A stretch of 64,000 nucleotides of DNA, taken from contig CAVURJ010000001.1 in assembly GCA_963743885.1 (NCBI GenBank), positions 566,321 through 630,320 of the forward strand, read 5' to 3'. The translations under genes and the position numbers were made by a program. The notes below the pieces were generated by a model that searched no databases, was not told the DNA's origin, and was given only the letters and a program-made list of their open reading frames with translations. Positions 18,569 through 27,483 of the stretch are shown in pieces. The stretch's first letter is position 1, and every line of letters begins with the position of its first letter. Source of the DNA: Candidatus Moraniibacteriota bacterium. Lineage in GTDB: Bacteria; Patescibacteriota; Minisyncoccia; Moranbacterales; UBA1568.

Positions 18569-18597
18569 TTGACAGGATATGTTTTTTGGTGTATAAT
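18569..18597 (+). promoter_or_regulatory. Consensus sigma70 promoter: TTGACA, 17 nt spacer, TATAAT
   Basis: ttgacaggatatgttttttggtgtataat matches the consensus perfectly. An AGGAGAGAG ribosome-binding site precedes the 18653 ATG. Confidence 0.8.
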
Positions 18598-18652
18598 GGT
18601 ACGTTAGTATCAGTTCTTTTTTTGTTGTATTTTTTTCAATAGGAGAGAGAAA

Positions 18653-18886
18653 ATGGCAGTGATGACGGTTGATCAGTCCCAGGCAGTCGAGGCGTGTTGT
18701 GCCGCCCAAATCAAGATGAAGAGCGCGTTTCATGACGTTGGTCTGGCCGATAATGATCGGAAAGCTGTACTGGATGAGGCGCTCGTTCATGTTATGGGCG
18801 GTTCGTTTGTCGGAGACAAGAAGGGTACGTGTCCGGCGTGTTGGGGATTCTTCATGAATTACCTCAAGCACGGAAGGAAACAGTAG
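18653..18886 (+). CDS. Small Cys-containing peptide precursor with a double-glycine-type leader; a possible bacteriocin or RiPP precursor
   Basis: 77 aa in total. The leader ends ...AVLDEALVHVMGG, which fits the pattern L-x-x-x-L-x-x-V-x-GG. The putative 27-aa core is SFVGDKKGTCPACWGFFMNYLKHGRKQ. It sits between the consensus promoter and a strong terminator. Confidence 0.5.
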   Translation: MAVMTVDQSQAVEACCAAQIKMKSAFHDVGLADNDRKAVLDEALVHVMGGSFVGDKKGTCPACWGFFMNYLKHGRKQ

Positions 18887-18888
18887 GT

Positions 18889-18931
18889 AAAAGGCGGGAA
18901 TTCTCCATGAGAACTCCCGCCTGTATTTTTT
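18889..18931. terminator. Bidirectional rho-independent terminator
   Basis: Stem GGCGGGAATTCTC / GAGAACTCCCGCC (one mismatch), flanked by AAAA upstream and TGTATTTTTT downstream. Confidence 0.75.
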
Positions 18932-18956
18932 AAAAAATAGCGGCACGCTCTCCAGT

Positions 18957-19415
18957 TCACTCGTCTTTTCCGAAGAAGAGGGAAAGGAAGAGGTATCCGA
19001 TGCCGAGGAAGGCAAGGATGAGGATTGGGATGAGGATGAGCGGGAACTTGTAGAGCGAGACGGCGAGGATACCGACGATCCAGAGGATACCAATGGAGAG
19101 GAGCGGGTTGCGGCGGCGGAGTCCGGAGGCGAAGTCGAGATTGAGGAACCGTCCGAGGATGGAGAGTAGGAATGATCCGATGAGGAGGATGATGAGGAAG
19201 GTCGCGAGATTGAGTCGGACTGCGACGAAGGTAGGGAGAAGCGTCTCGAGTGTGAAGAGCGCCGCGAATACGGTGAAGCCGATGAGGAGCGCCTCAGCGA
19301 GCAATGCGTAAGCCACATGTAGCGATCCGGCAACTCGCCATCTTTCGAAGACTACCTTTATTTTTTGATTCAGAATACCCATAATTTTTCGTAAAGCACA
19401 ATTTTCAAAACACAA
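18957..19415 (-). CDS. Small four-helix membrane protein; a candidate immunity or accessory protein for the adjacent peptide
   Basis: Four hydrophobic helices. It is convergent with the peptide gene, and the start may instead be at 19382 (MGILNQ...). Confidence 0.45.
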   Translation of the reverse strand: MCFENCALRKIMGILNQKIKVVFERWRVAGSLHVAYALLAEALLIGFTVFAALFTLETLLPTFVAVRLNLATFLIILLIGSFLLSILGRFLNLDFASGLRRRNPLLSIGILWIVGILAVSLYKFPLILIPILILAFLGIGYLFLSLFFGKDE

Positions 19416-19530
19416 ACCCCAAACAAAACACAGATTTCAAATTTCAAAGCACGGATTTTCTTATAGTTTGTTTTGGTTTTGCGGATTGTGCTTTGTTTGG
19501 TTTTTGTGCTTTTTGTCTTTGTGTTTTTTA
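19371..19530. repeat. Low-complexity imperfect inverted repeat spacer (caaaccccaaacaaaacaca / tgttttggttttgcgg...)
   Basis: Read directly from the sequence. Confidence 0.45.
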
Positions 19531-20682
19531 TTAATTCCCAGCCCCAAAGCGGGCGAACAATCGTTGCTTGACCTGTGAGAGAAGTGTCAGCATGTTGCGG
19601 CTGCTCGTGCCGGTCTCGAGCGAGAGCGTGAGAGTGTTGATGTCTATGTCTGTGTCGCTGCCGCCCAAGCGGATCTCAAAATTGTTGCCATTGCCTGATG
19701 CGAGAGCGTCGATAGGGGTGGTGCAGGAAAAGGCGCGGCCAAAGGCAGTGGGAGTGGTATCGCAGGATGCCGAGACGAGGCTCGCGCTTCCCGAGACAGC
19801 GATCGGCGAGATATGCTCGAGGAGAAACGAAAGATAGTCCGTATCGGTGATCGGGTGTTTCGAGCCCTGATCGATCAAGAAGTAGTTTCTGGTGTCGGTA
19901 TCAAGGAAGAGGGTGCCGTCCGGATGCGTGTCGCCCAAGAGGAATATTCGGCCGCGCTTGTAGATACCGATCTCCTCTTCGCTTCCTGGGATAACGTCTT
20001 CGAAGCGGTAGCCGAGCCCGAGGAAGATCTCGGCGCTGCCGATTGGCCGCATCTCGGTATCAGAGACGATGACGAAGATACCGTCCGCGAATGAGACGAG
20101 CGATCCGATACGAAAGCCGATCCAGTCATCCGAGGCCGGATGCTGGGAGAGGAGGCTCTCGGTGACGCGGAGAGCATCCGGTGCGCGGTGGCGCGAGAGG
20201 TAGGCGGCTTCGCTTACGAACGGATGGAGCATGCCGTCGCGGAGGGCATAGTACGTATCGCCGACCTGGTAGAGTGTTCCTTCGTCTGGTCGTCCCAGAG
20301 TGGGGCCGTCCGGTAGGAGGAATCCGCGGTAGGAACGCCGGATGGAGAATCGGAGCGTTTCTGGTAGCTCGGATTTTTTCTCGAGCGCTGCTTCGATGGT
20401 TGCGGAGGAGAAATCGCCGAAAGCGGCGGCGTCGGCGACGAGTGTGCCAGCGGCTTCGATCTTGCCGTTCTCACGGAGTATCCCTGTGTCGGAACGGGGA
20501 TCAAGGAGCGTGTTCTTACTTGAACCTGGAGTCCGGAAGTCAAAGGGGAATCCGAGGATCGGGAAGAGCGTCCGATATGCGAATGACCCGATGAGGAAGA
20601 GCGCGATGACATAGAGGCCTATGCGGAGCTTGGTATAGGTCTGTTCGAGATGTTTCGGGATAGGAGAGATGGTCGGCAGCAT
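19531..20682 (-). CDS. Hypothetical membrane-anchored protein in an operon with the GT-C glycosyltransferase
   Basis: N-terminal TM (LRIGLYVIALFLIGSFAY), no recognised domain, and a 12-nt gap to the upstream gene. Confidence 0.45.
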   Translation of the reverse strand: MLPTISPIPKHLEQTYTKLRIGLYVIALFLIGSFAYRTLFPILGFPFDFRTPGSSKNTLLDPRSDTGILRENGKIEAAGTLVADAAAFGDFSSATIEAALEKKSELPETLRFSIRRSYRGFLLPDGPTLGRPDEGTLYQVGDTYYALRDGMLHPFVSEAAYLSRHRAPDALRVTESLLSQHPASDDWIGFRIGSLVSFADGIFVIVSDTEMRPIGSAEIFLGLGYRFEDVIPGSEEEIGIYKRGRIFLLGDTHPDGTLFLDTDTRNYFLIDQGSKHPITDTDYLSFLLEHISPIAVSGSASLVSASCDTTPTAFGRAFSCTTPIDALASGNGNNFEIRLGGSDTDIDINTLTLSLETGTSSRNMLTLLSQVKQRLFARFGAGN

Positions 20683-20694
20683 AAGGAAGAGGAA

Positions 20695-22488
20695 TCAGTA
20701 GATTCTGAAGAGAAGGTCGGTGACGCTGGTATCGATCTTTGTGGGCAGGCGAGGAGGTTCATTCCGGAGTGAGAGGCTTTCGAAGCGCGAGAGTGGAAAG
20801 GAGACGCGCTCCTCGAGGGTCATTCGGTCTCCGAAGGCTGCTGCGTAGCGCTCCAGGCTGTCTTCGGGGATGAGCAGGTAGACGCGGTCGAATCCGGAGG
20901 TATCGAGCCGGCCGAGGTCTTCGGTATTGAAGAAGTAGACGGCATTCTTGCTGGAGAGGAATTGGAGCGGACCAGAGAGCATGGCGAAATTGTCGCCAGT
21001 CGCGAAACGGTCGATGAGGATGAGATCGCGGTCGGTGAAGCGCGCACTCCAGGAAGAGGCTGCTTCGGTGAGGCCGCGGTGTTCAGCGAATGGCAGGGCG
21101 TAGAGGAAGGCGGGGAGCTCGAGGAAGAGCAGGCTTGCGAAGATGATACCGACGAAGAAGAGACGTTTGCCGCGTGGAGCAGGGATCGGGTCTTCGCCGG
21201 TCTTGTCGAAGAGGAGCGCGATGCCGAGCACGGCTGAGAAGAGGAGCGCCGGGAAGATCGAGAAGAGGTAGCGGCGGAGCATCCACGGATGGTCAGGCGT
21301 GATATTGGGCGAGAAGAGATAGATGAGGGTCGGTAGCGCGATGAGCGCCGGCAGGAGGAGTAGGAAGCGTCGTTTCTTGATGAAGACGAGGATGCCGAAG
21401 AGTCCGATGATGAAGAGGATGAGTAATCCGTAGATGAAGAGCGCACTGCCGATAGCGGTTGATCCGCTCGCTGCGGCTTTGCTGACCGAATCGGAGAATC
21501 CGAGGAGTCCCTTGCCGGCCATGCGGTAGTAGGGAAGATTGAGGAAGAAGTCGCGGAGGAGAAAGAGGCCAAAGACGAGTCCGGGGATGACGATGCTTTT
21601 CATCGGGTAGGCTTTCCAGATGGTGCGTGTGTGCGCTGAGAAGAGCATGATGAGAAGTGCGATCGCGAGGAAGGCGAAGCCCTCGAGCCGAGTGAAGGCG
21701 AAGAGTCCGCCTGAGAGGAGTGCGGCTGCGTAGAAGACGAACTTTCCACTTCGGAGATAGAGGATGAGGCTTTCAGCGAGGAAGAGGAAGAGGAAGAGGC
21801 CGAGGTTTTCGGTAAGCGTCAGTTTGGCGAACCATGACGGCAGGAAGGAGGCGCCGGCGAGGATGAGTCCGGCGAAGGCGTAGAACGGGCTTGCGAAGAG
21901 GCGGATGATTGAATAGAGGGTGATGAGGGAGAGGAAAAGCAGGAGTCCGTTGCCGATCGCGTATCCGGAGAGGCCGAAGATCGAGACGAAGCCGGCGAGC
22001 CAGGAGGTATAGCCGAGCGGGAAGGCGGTGATGAGGGCGTCTTCGCCGACGTAGGCGAAGCCGGGGAAATTGAGGGCAGGGTCTACGGGTGCTTCGGTAT
22101 CATAGATTTCGGCGAAGAGCTTGGCGGTCGGGAGTGAGAAGGCGAGTTGTCCGTTGTCAGCGAGGCGCCAGGCGGCTTCGGCGATGGAACCCTGGTCGCG
22201 GCCGGAGAAGACGGTCGGTTCGGAGAAGACGGCGGGCAGGAAGGCGAAGAGAAGAGCTGCCATGCAGGCAGTGCGGAAGATCCATGATGATCGGCGGATG
22301 ACTCGGACAGCGATGAGGACGCTCATTGCGGCGAGTATGGCTGACCCGGAGAAGACGAGTGGTGTGATGAAGAGTCCTCCCAAAGCGAGCGAAAGGAAGA
22401 ACCATCCGAGGACGACAAAAGAGAGCCCGAAGAGGATCGGGAGCGTGTTGTTTCCTTCGGTATCTGTGAAGAGTCTCATGTCAGTCAT
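20695..22488 (-). CDS. GT-C fold membrane glycosyltransferase (ArnT/PMT-like, GT39/GT83 type)
   Basis: About 12 TM helices. The first periplasmic loop carries an RDQGSIAEAAWRLADNGQ motif resembling the D-E-x-x-Y/A...G-x-W catalytic loop of ArnT/PMT. A soluble C-terminal domain follows. Confidence 0.55.
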   Translation of the reverse strand: MTDMRLFTDTEGNNTLPILFGLSFVVLGWFFLSLALGGLFITPLVFSGSAILAAMSVLIAVRVIRRSSWIFRTACMAALLFAFLPAVFSEPTVFSGRDQGSIAEAAWRLADNGQLAFSLPTAKLFAEIYDTEAPVDPALNFPGFAYVGEDALITAFPLGYTSWLAGFVSIFGLSGYAIGNGLLLFLSLITLYSIIRLFASPFYAFAGLILAGASFLPSWFAKLTLTENLGLFLFLFLAESLILYLRSGKFVFYAAALLSGGLFAFTRLEGFAFLAIALLIMLFSAHTRTIWKAYPMKSIVIPGLVFGLFLLRDFFLNLPYYRMAGKGLLGFSDSVSKAAASGSTAIGSALFIYGLLILFIIGLFGILVFIKKRRFLLLLPALIALPTLIYLFSPNITPDHPWMLRRYLFSIFPALLFSAVLGIALLFDKTGEDPIPAPRGKRLFFVGIIFASLLFLELPAFLYALPFAEHRGLTEAASSWSARFTDRDLILIDRFATGDNFAMLSGPLQFLSSKNAVYFFNTEDLGRLDTSGFDRVYLLIPEDSLERYAAAFGDRMTLEERVSFPLSRFESLSLRNEPPRLPTKIDTSVTDLLFRIY

Positions 22489-22612
22489 TATATCGTAAAC
22501 CGGCTGGCTCGGCCATATGGTATTGTTGAACGGAGCGTGGGTGAACTCTGTGGTAAATGTCCGTTATCTGATACAATAAAGAAGATAAACCCTCTCTCTT
22601 TTCCCGAACAGC

Positions 22613-25075
22613 ATGGACAAGAGCTTTCCTTTTTGGTATTACGCGGACGGTCTCAGCGGAGCCGCGCGCCTATTCAGGAATTATTCGCGATTCATCCCGT
22701 ACCGGTTTAATACGTGGGGACTGCTTTCGACGATCCTTTCGCCATGGAAGCGCGATGTCTCGCCGAAGACCTGGCGCGGGTTCCATCCGATCAAGTCGCT
22801 CTCGCTGCTTCTGAATAACATCATGTCGCGCATCGCCGGCATGTTCGTCCGGGTGCCGATGATCGTCTTTGGCTTAGTGTTCTGGATAATCGTGTCAGTG
22901 TTCGGTCTGGTACTCCTCGCGGCCTATACTCTCGCGCCGGCGCTCTTATCGGTCGGACTGGTGATGTTCCCATGGAACCCGGTCTTCGGCGGCCTAGCTG
23001 CTGGTCTTGGGGCTCTCGGCCTCGTGGCGGCAGTCATCGGCTATTCGTCTCGTGAGACTGATGATGGCGATAGATCTCTCGATATATCCGCGGTGCGGAA
23101 GAAGAAGTGGTTCCCGCGTGTGCTTGCTCGTCTTGGTGTCGAGGAGGGGATGGATGTCAGTGCTGCCATTCGCGATGCGGCGAGCTTTGCGGAGTTTCTC
23201 GCGTCGATCGGATCAGACCAGGCATCATACGAGCGGTCAGTTGGCATCGAGCGCGCTGCAGAAGACCGTCGTGCCGATGAGCGGCGTTTTTGGACGTGGG
23301 AAAAGCTTTCCGAGACGCAGCCGATCGGCAAGGGTTGGCGCTATGCGTACACGCCACACCTCGACCGGTATGCGCTCGACCTTTCCGAATACGATCCGAC
23401 CGAATACGACCGGGCTGTGCTCGTCGGGCGTGAGGAGGAGCTGCGTGTGGTCAAAATCGTCCTCGAGCGGCCGGTACAGAACAGTATCCTCTTGGTCGGT
23501 GATCCTGGCATCGGCAAGAAGACCTTCATCCATCATCTGGCCCGCCTCATCCGGACCAATGCGTTCCAGGACCCGTACTTCCGCGATATGCGCATCCTCA
23601 TGCTCGATCTGGGGCTCGCGGTGAGTGATGCAGTGAATAGCGGTGAGGATGTCGACAATGCCATCCGCACGCTTTTTCATGAAGCAGCATTTGCCGGCAA
23701 TGTTACTCTCGTCATCGAGGATTTCGATCTTTATATCGGCGGCGACGCTTCGCGGCACAATCTGGCACCGATCCTTTCTACATACCTCTCGTTGCCGTCG
23801 TTCCGTGTTATCGGCACGTCGACCGCGGCGCGCTATCATGCTGTCGCGAAGGCTGATGACCAGACGCTCAAGTCGCTCGAGGTCGTCTATCTGCGCGAGA
23901 CGAACGAGCAGCAAACTTTCGATATTCTCGTGCAGCATTTCGAAGAGACTGAAGCGCGGCAGGTTGTCTTCACACTCAAGGGCTTCGAGAGCATCATCAC
24001 AGCTGCCGGCCGCTACAATTGGGAGTTCCCGTTCCCTGAGCGCGCGCTCGATCTGGCTCAGGAAGTGCTCATCTACTGGTGCGATAGCGCTGAGAGCCGT
24101 TTCATCACTCCAGAGGTCGTGGATGCGTTTATCACAATCAAGACGGGTGTGCCGACCGGTACGATCAGTGCGGAAGAGAAGGACAAATTGCTCCGTCTCG
24201 AAGAGCATCTCCACGAACGTGTTATCGGTCAGGAAGAGGCGGTGAAGCAGGTGGCGGAAGCGATGCGCAAGTCGCGCGCCGGCTTCGGCAACAGGAAGCG
24301 TCCGCTCGGAAGCTTCATCTTCCTTGGTCCTTCCGGTGTTGGCAAGACGGAGACAGTCAAGGCGTTCGCTGAGAGCTATTTCGGCAGCGATGAGAAGATG
24401 ATCCGTCTCGACATGAGCGAATACCAGACAGAAGAGTCCGTCGAGCGTATGATCGGGTCGCGTGATACTGGTGTCCAGGGCCAGCTGACGGTCGCCGCCA
24501 AGGAACATCCATTCTCCATATTGTTGCTTGATGAGATCGAGAAGGCGTATCCACGGATGCTCGATTTGTTCCTTCAGATTCTTGATGAAGGTTACGTGAC
24601 GGATGCCTTCGGTGAGAAGGTGAGCTTCCGCAATATGGTGATTATCGCTACGTCGAATGCCGGTGCGCCGCTCATCAAGGACCTGGTCGCACAGGGAGTG
24701 AAGGGCGATGCGATCCGCAAGCAGGTGCTCGATGAGGTCGTGAAGAAAGGGCTATTCCGTCTCGAATTCTTGGGTCGTTTCGATGGCATCATTTTCTTCG
24801 AGCCGCTCCGGAACGAGCAGTTGTTCGAGGTGACCGAGCTCAAGTTGGCTGCTTTCGCCAAGCGGTTGAAGGAAGAGAAGGATATCGATATCCTCTTTGC
24901 GCCGGAAGTGACGGCAAAGATCGTAGAAAATGGGTTCGAGCCCGAGTTCGGCATGCGTTCCATCAACCGCTATATCGAGAATACTATCGAAGATGCCGTC
25001 GTGAAGAGAATCATCGCCGGAGAGCTCTCGTCTGGCGGGTCATTGACAGTATATCCGGATGATCTGGTAGAATAG
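22613..25075 (+). CDS. Hsp100/Clp-family double AAA+ ATPase with an N-terminal multi-pass membrane anchor
   Basis: Three or four TM helices in residues 60-150. D1 is degenerate (GDPGIGKKT; VIEDFD in place of a DE Walker B). D2 is canonical (GPSGVGKTE, LLLDEIEKA, ATSNAG, the LEFLGRFD motif). There is no coiled-coil M-domain and no IGF/IGL ClpP-docking loop. Confidence 0.7.
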   Translation: MDKSFPFWYYADGLSGAARLFRNYSRFIPYRFNTWGLLSTILSPWKRDVSPKTWRGFHPIKSLSLLLNNIMSRIAGMFVRVPMIVFGLVFWIIVSVFGLVLLAAYTLAPALLSVGLVMFPWNPVFGGLAAGLGALGLVAAVIGYSSRETDDGDRSLDISAVRKKKWFPRVLARLGVEEGMDVSAAIRDAASFAEFLASIGSDQASYERSVGIERAAEDRRADERRFWTWEKLSETQPIGKGWRYAYTPHLDRYALDLSEYDPTEYDRAVLVGREEELRVVKIVLERPVQNSILLVGDPGIGKKTFIHHLARLIRTNAFQDPYFRDMRILMLDLGLAVSDAVNSGEDVDNAIRTLFHEAAFAGNVTLVIEDFDLYIGGDASRHNLAPILSTYLSLPSFRVIGTSTAARYHAVAKADDQTLKSLEVVYLRETNEQQTFDILVQHFEETEARQVVFTLKGFESIITAAGRYNWEFPFPERALDLAQEVLIYWCDSAESRFITPEVVDAFITIKTGVPTGTISAEEKDKLLRLEEHLHERVIGQEEAVKQVAEAMRKSRAGFGNRKRPLGSFIFLGPSGVGKTETVKAFAESYFGSDEKMIRLDMSEYQTEESVERMIGSRDTGVQGQLTVAAKEHPFSILLLDEIEKAYPRMLDLFLQILDEGYVTDAFGEKVSFRNMVIIATSNAGAPLIKDLVAQGVKGDAIRKQVLDEVVKKGLFRLEFLGRFDGIIFFEPLRNEQLFEVTELKLAAFAKRLKEEKDIDILFAPEVTAKIVENGFEPEFGMRSINRYIENTIEDAVVKRIIAGELSSGGSLTVYPDDLVE

Positions 25076-25104
25076 CCGCTCTGATTGACTCGCTTATACT
25101 GTGT

Positions 25105-26310
25105 ATGGATATGGAAGAAGAGAGGCGAAAATTGAAGATTCTCGTCGTGGCACCGACCCCGTTTTTTTCAGATCGGGGCACGCATATCCGCATCCTCGAG
25201 GAGGCGCTGGCGCTTGAGAGTCGCGGCCATGAGGTGAAGATAGCGACGTATCATATCGGTAGTGACCTGCCAGAGTCGCTTGATACCACAATCGATATTC
25301 GCCGCATCCGCCGGCTGCTGTTCTGGTATAAGAAGCTTGAGGCAGGTCCGGATTGGCAGAAGATTCTGCTCGATATCATGCTTATCAGGAAGTCTTTTTA
25401 TCTGGCCCGGACTTGGAAACCGGATATTATCCATGGGCACCTGCATGAGGGCGCGCTCATTGGTTGGGTCGTGACGAAGTGTCTCTTCTGGCGCCGCATG
25501 AAGCTCGTGGCGGATTTTCATGGCAGCCTGACGCGTGAGATGGTCTCACATGCGTACCTGCGGGCCGTCGGCTTGCAGCGTCTGTTTGCGCTTGTCGAGC
25601 GATGGATCGACAACCTCGGCGATCGGGCAGTGGCGAGCTCATGGGACAATGCCGAGGAAATCAGCTCCATCCGTACCAAGAATCCTGTTGTGCCGATCAT
25701 CGACGGCACGCGTCTGTCGATGTTTTCGGGAGCGACGGATCGAGGAGCACTCCGGCAGCGGTACGGCATACCGGATGACAAAGTTCTCATCGCTTATACC
25801 GGCGCGCTCATCCCGAACAAGGGGATTGAGCTTTTCCTTGAGGCGGTGCCGCTCGTCTGTGCGAAGCATCCGGAAGCGCATTTTCTGATTGCTGGATTTC
25901 CGCTTGATCAGATCGGTGAGTATCTCGAGAAAGACGTCTTCCAGACACATGCGACAGTTGTGTCGCCACTCCCGTATTTCCGATTGCCGGAGATCCTCAT
26001 GATGAGCGATATCGGTGTCGATCCGAAGGAAGCGACGACCAAGCAGGCGAGCGGCAAGATGCTTAACTATATGGGCGCCGGGTTGCCGATTGCTTGTTTC
26101 GATACGCAGAACAATCGTGAGTATCTCGGTGATGGTGGATCGTATGCCACCTCTGGTACGCCAGAAGCGTTGGCCGAGGCGATCGGCCGGTTGATCCGCG
26201 ATCCAGAGCTTCGTCGTGCGAAGGGCGCCGTGGGTCGCGAGCGCGCCGCGATGTTCAGCTGGGAAAAATCGGCGGAAGAGCTGGAGAAGATATATTTGGA
26301 ACTGGTATGA
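25105..26310 (+). CDS. Glycosyltransferase family 4
   Basis: GT-B fold with an N-terminal LKILVVAPTPFFSDRGTHIRILE... segment and the C-terminal GT4 domain. Confidence 0.8.
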   Translation: MDMEEERRKLKILVVAPTPFFSDRGTHIRILEEALALESRGHEVKIATYHIGSDLPESLDTTIDIRRIRRLLFWYKKLEAGPDWQKILLDIMLIRKSFYLARTWKPDIIHGHLHEGALIGWVVTKCLFWRRMKLVADFHGSLTREMVSHAYLRAVGLQRLFALVERWIDNLGDRAVASSWDNAEEISSIRTKNPVVPIIDGTRLSMFSGATDRGALRQRYGIPDDKVLIAYTGALIPNKGIELFLEAVPLVCAKHPEAHFLIAGFPLDQIGEYLEKDVFQTHATVVSPLPYFRLPEILMMSDIGVDPKEATTKQASGKMLNYMGAGLPIACFDTQNNREYLGDGGSYATSGTPEALAEAIGRLIRDPELRRAKGAVGRERAAMFSWEKSAEELEKIYLELV

Positions 26311-27479
26311 AATTACTGCTCATAAAATTCGGCAAGGCATGGCATACGCTCAGACGGGAAGGTCTGGTGCGCGGCGGCCGGCGGGTGATGGCAGCGGCGC
26401 TCGCTTTGTTCAGGCGTGTACGTCCGGGCGATATCCTTTTCATCACGGGCGGCGTAGGGGACAGTGCCCGGTATCGGACGGAACACGTCGGCGAAGAGCT
26501 CCAGTTCCATGGGTTCAAAGTATCGTCGACGGTGCAGGACAATCCGTTCCTGTCGACGTATGCGGACCAGTTTTCGATATTTGTGTTCCATCGCGTGCTC
26601 TTTACGCCGAGTGTGGCTCGGCTGATCGCACGCATCAAAGAACAGGGGAAGGAGATCGTTTTCGAGACTGATGACCTCGTGTATGATCCGGCGTTCCTTC
26701 AGCATATGGATTACTTTACCACTATGAACGCGCTTGAGCGCAAGCTCTACGAGCATGGCGTGGGCGGCGAGATCTTGGCGGATCCGTATGTGAAGGTCGC
26801 GACGACGTCGACGGGCTATCTTGCCGAGAAGCTCCGTGAGCGTGGCAAGCGGGTGTTCATCGTGCGGAACAAGATGTCGGAGGAGGATGTGAAACGTTCG
26901 GAGATGATCTTGAAGGATATGAAGAAGGATGGATCGGTCGTGCGCGTCGGATACCTGTCTGGCACGCCGAGCCACAACAAGGATTTCGCGACGATTACTG
27001 CGGCGCTCGCAGAGCTGCTTGGGAAACATCCGGAGATGCGTCTCGTGCTTGCTGGACCGCTCGATACGGATGATGCACTTTCGACATTCGCCAGTCAGAT
27101 CGAACGGGTGCCATTCGCACCGCGGAAAGAATATTTCGAGACGGTCGCGAAGCTTGATATCAATCTAGCACCCCTGGAGATCGGCAATCCGTTCTGTGAG
27201 TCGAAATCTGAACTCAAATGGTTTGAGGCAGGACTTATGAGTGTGCCGACCGTCGCTGCTGCGACTGGGACGTTCAAGGAAGCAATCACGGAAGGCGTCG
27301 ATGGGTTCACAGCCGCTACGACAGCGGAGTGGATCGAGAAGGTCGGACAGCTTGTGGTGGACCGTAGTCTGCGCGAGCGGATGGGTAGCGAGGCAAGAAA
27401 GACAATCCTTGCGAAATATGCGACAATGGATGCTGACAATGAGGAATATTACGGATATCTAAGCAGTAAGCTGAAATAG
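26307..27479 (+). CDS. Putative GT-B fold glycosyltransferase
   Basis: C-terminal region ...ESKSELKWFEAGLMSVPTVAAATGTFKEAITEGVDGF resembles a GT1-type nucleotide-sugar binding domain. The ATGA start overlaps the stop of the upstream GT4. Confidence 0.5.
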   Translation: MKLLLIKFGKAWHTLRREGLVRGGRRVMAAALALFRRVRPGDILFITGGVGDSARYRTEHVGEELQFHGFKVSSTVQDNPFLSTYADQFSIFVFHRVLFTPSVARLIARIKEQGKEIVFETDDLVYDPAFLQHMDYFTTMNALERKLYEHGVGGEILADPYVKVATTSTGYLAEKLRERGKRVFIVRNKMSEEDVKRSEMILKDMKKDGSVVRVGYLSGTPSHNKDFATITAALAELLGKHPEMRLVLAGPLDTDDALSTFASQIERVPFAPRKEYFETVAKLDINLAPLEIGNPFCESKSELKWFEAGLMSVPTVAAATGTFKEAITEGVDGFTAATTAEWIEKVGQLVVDRSLRERMGSEARKTILAKYATMDADNEEYYGYLSSKLK

Positions 27480-27483
27480 CGGT

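Noticed and set aside
22089-22498. Arg-rich plus-strand ORFs inside the GT-C membrane protein gene
   Set aside because: Antisense artefacts of a GC-rich membrane-protein gene.
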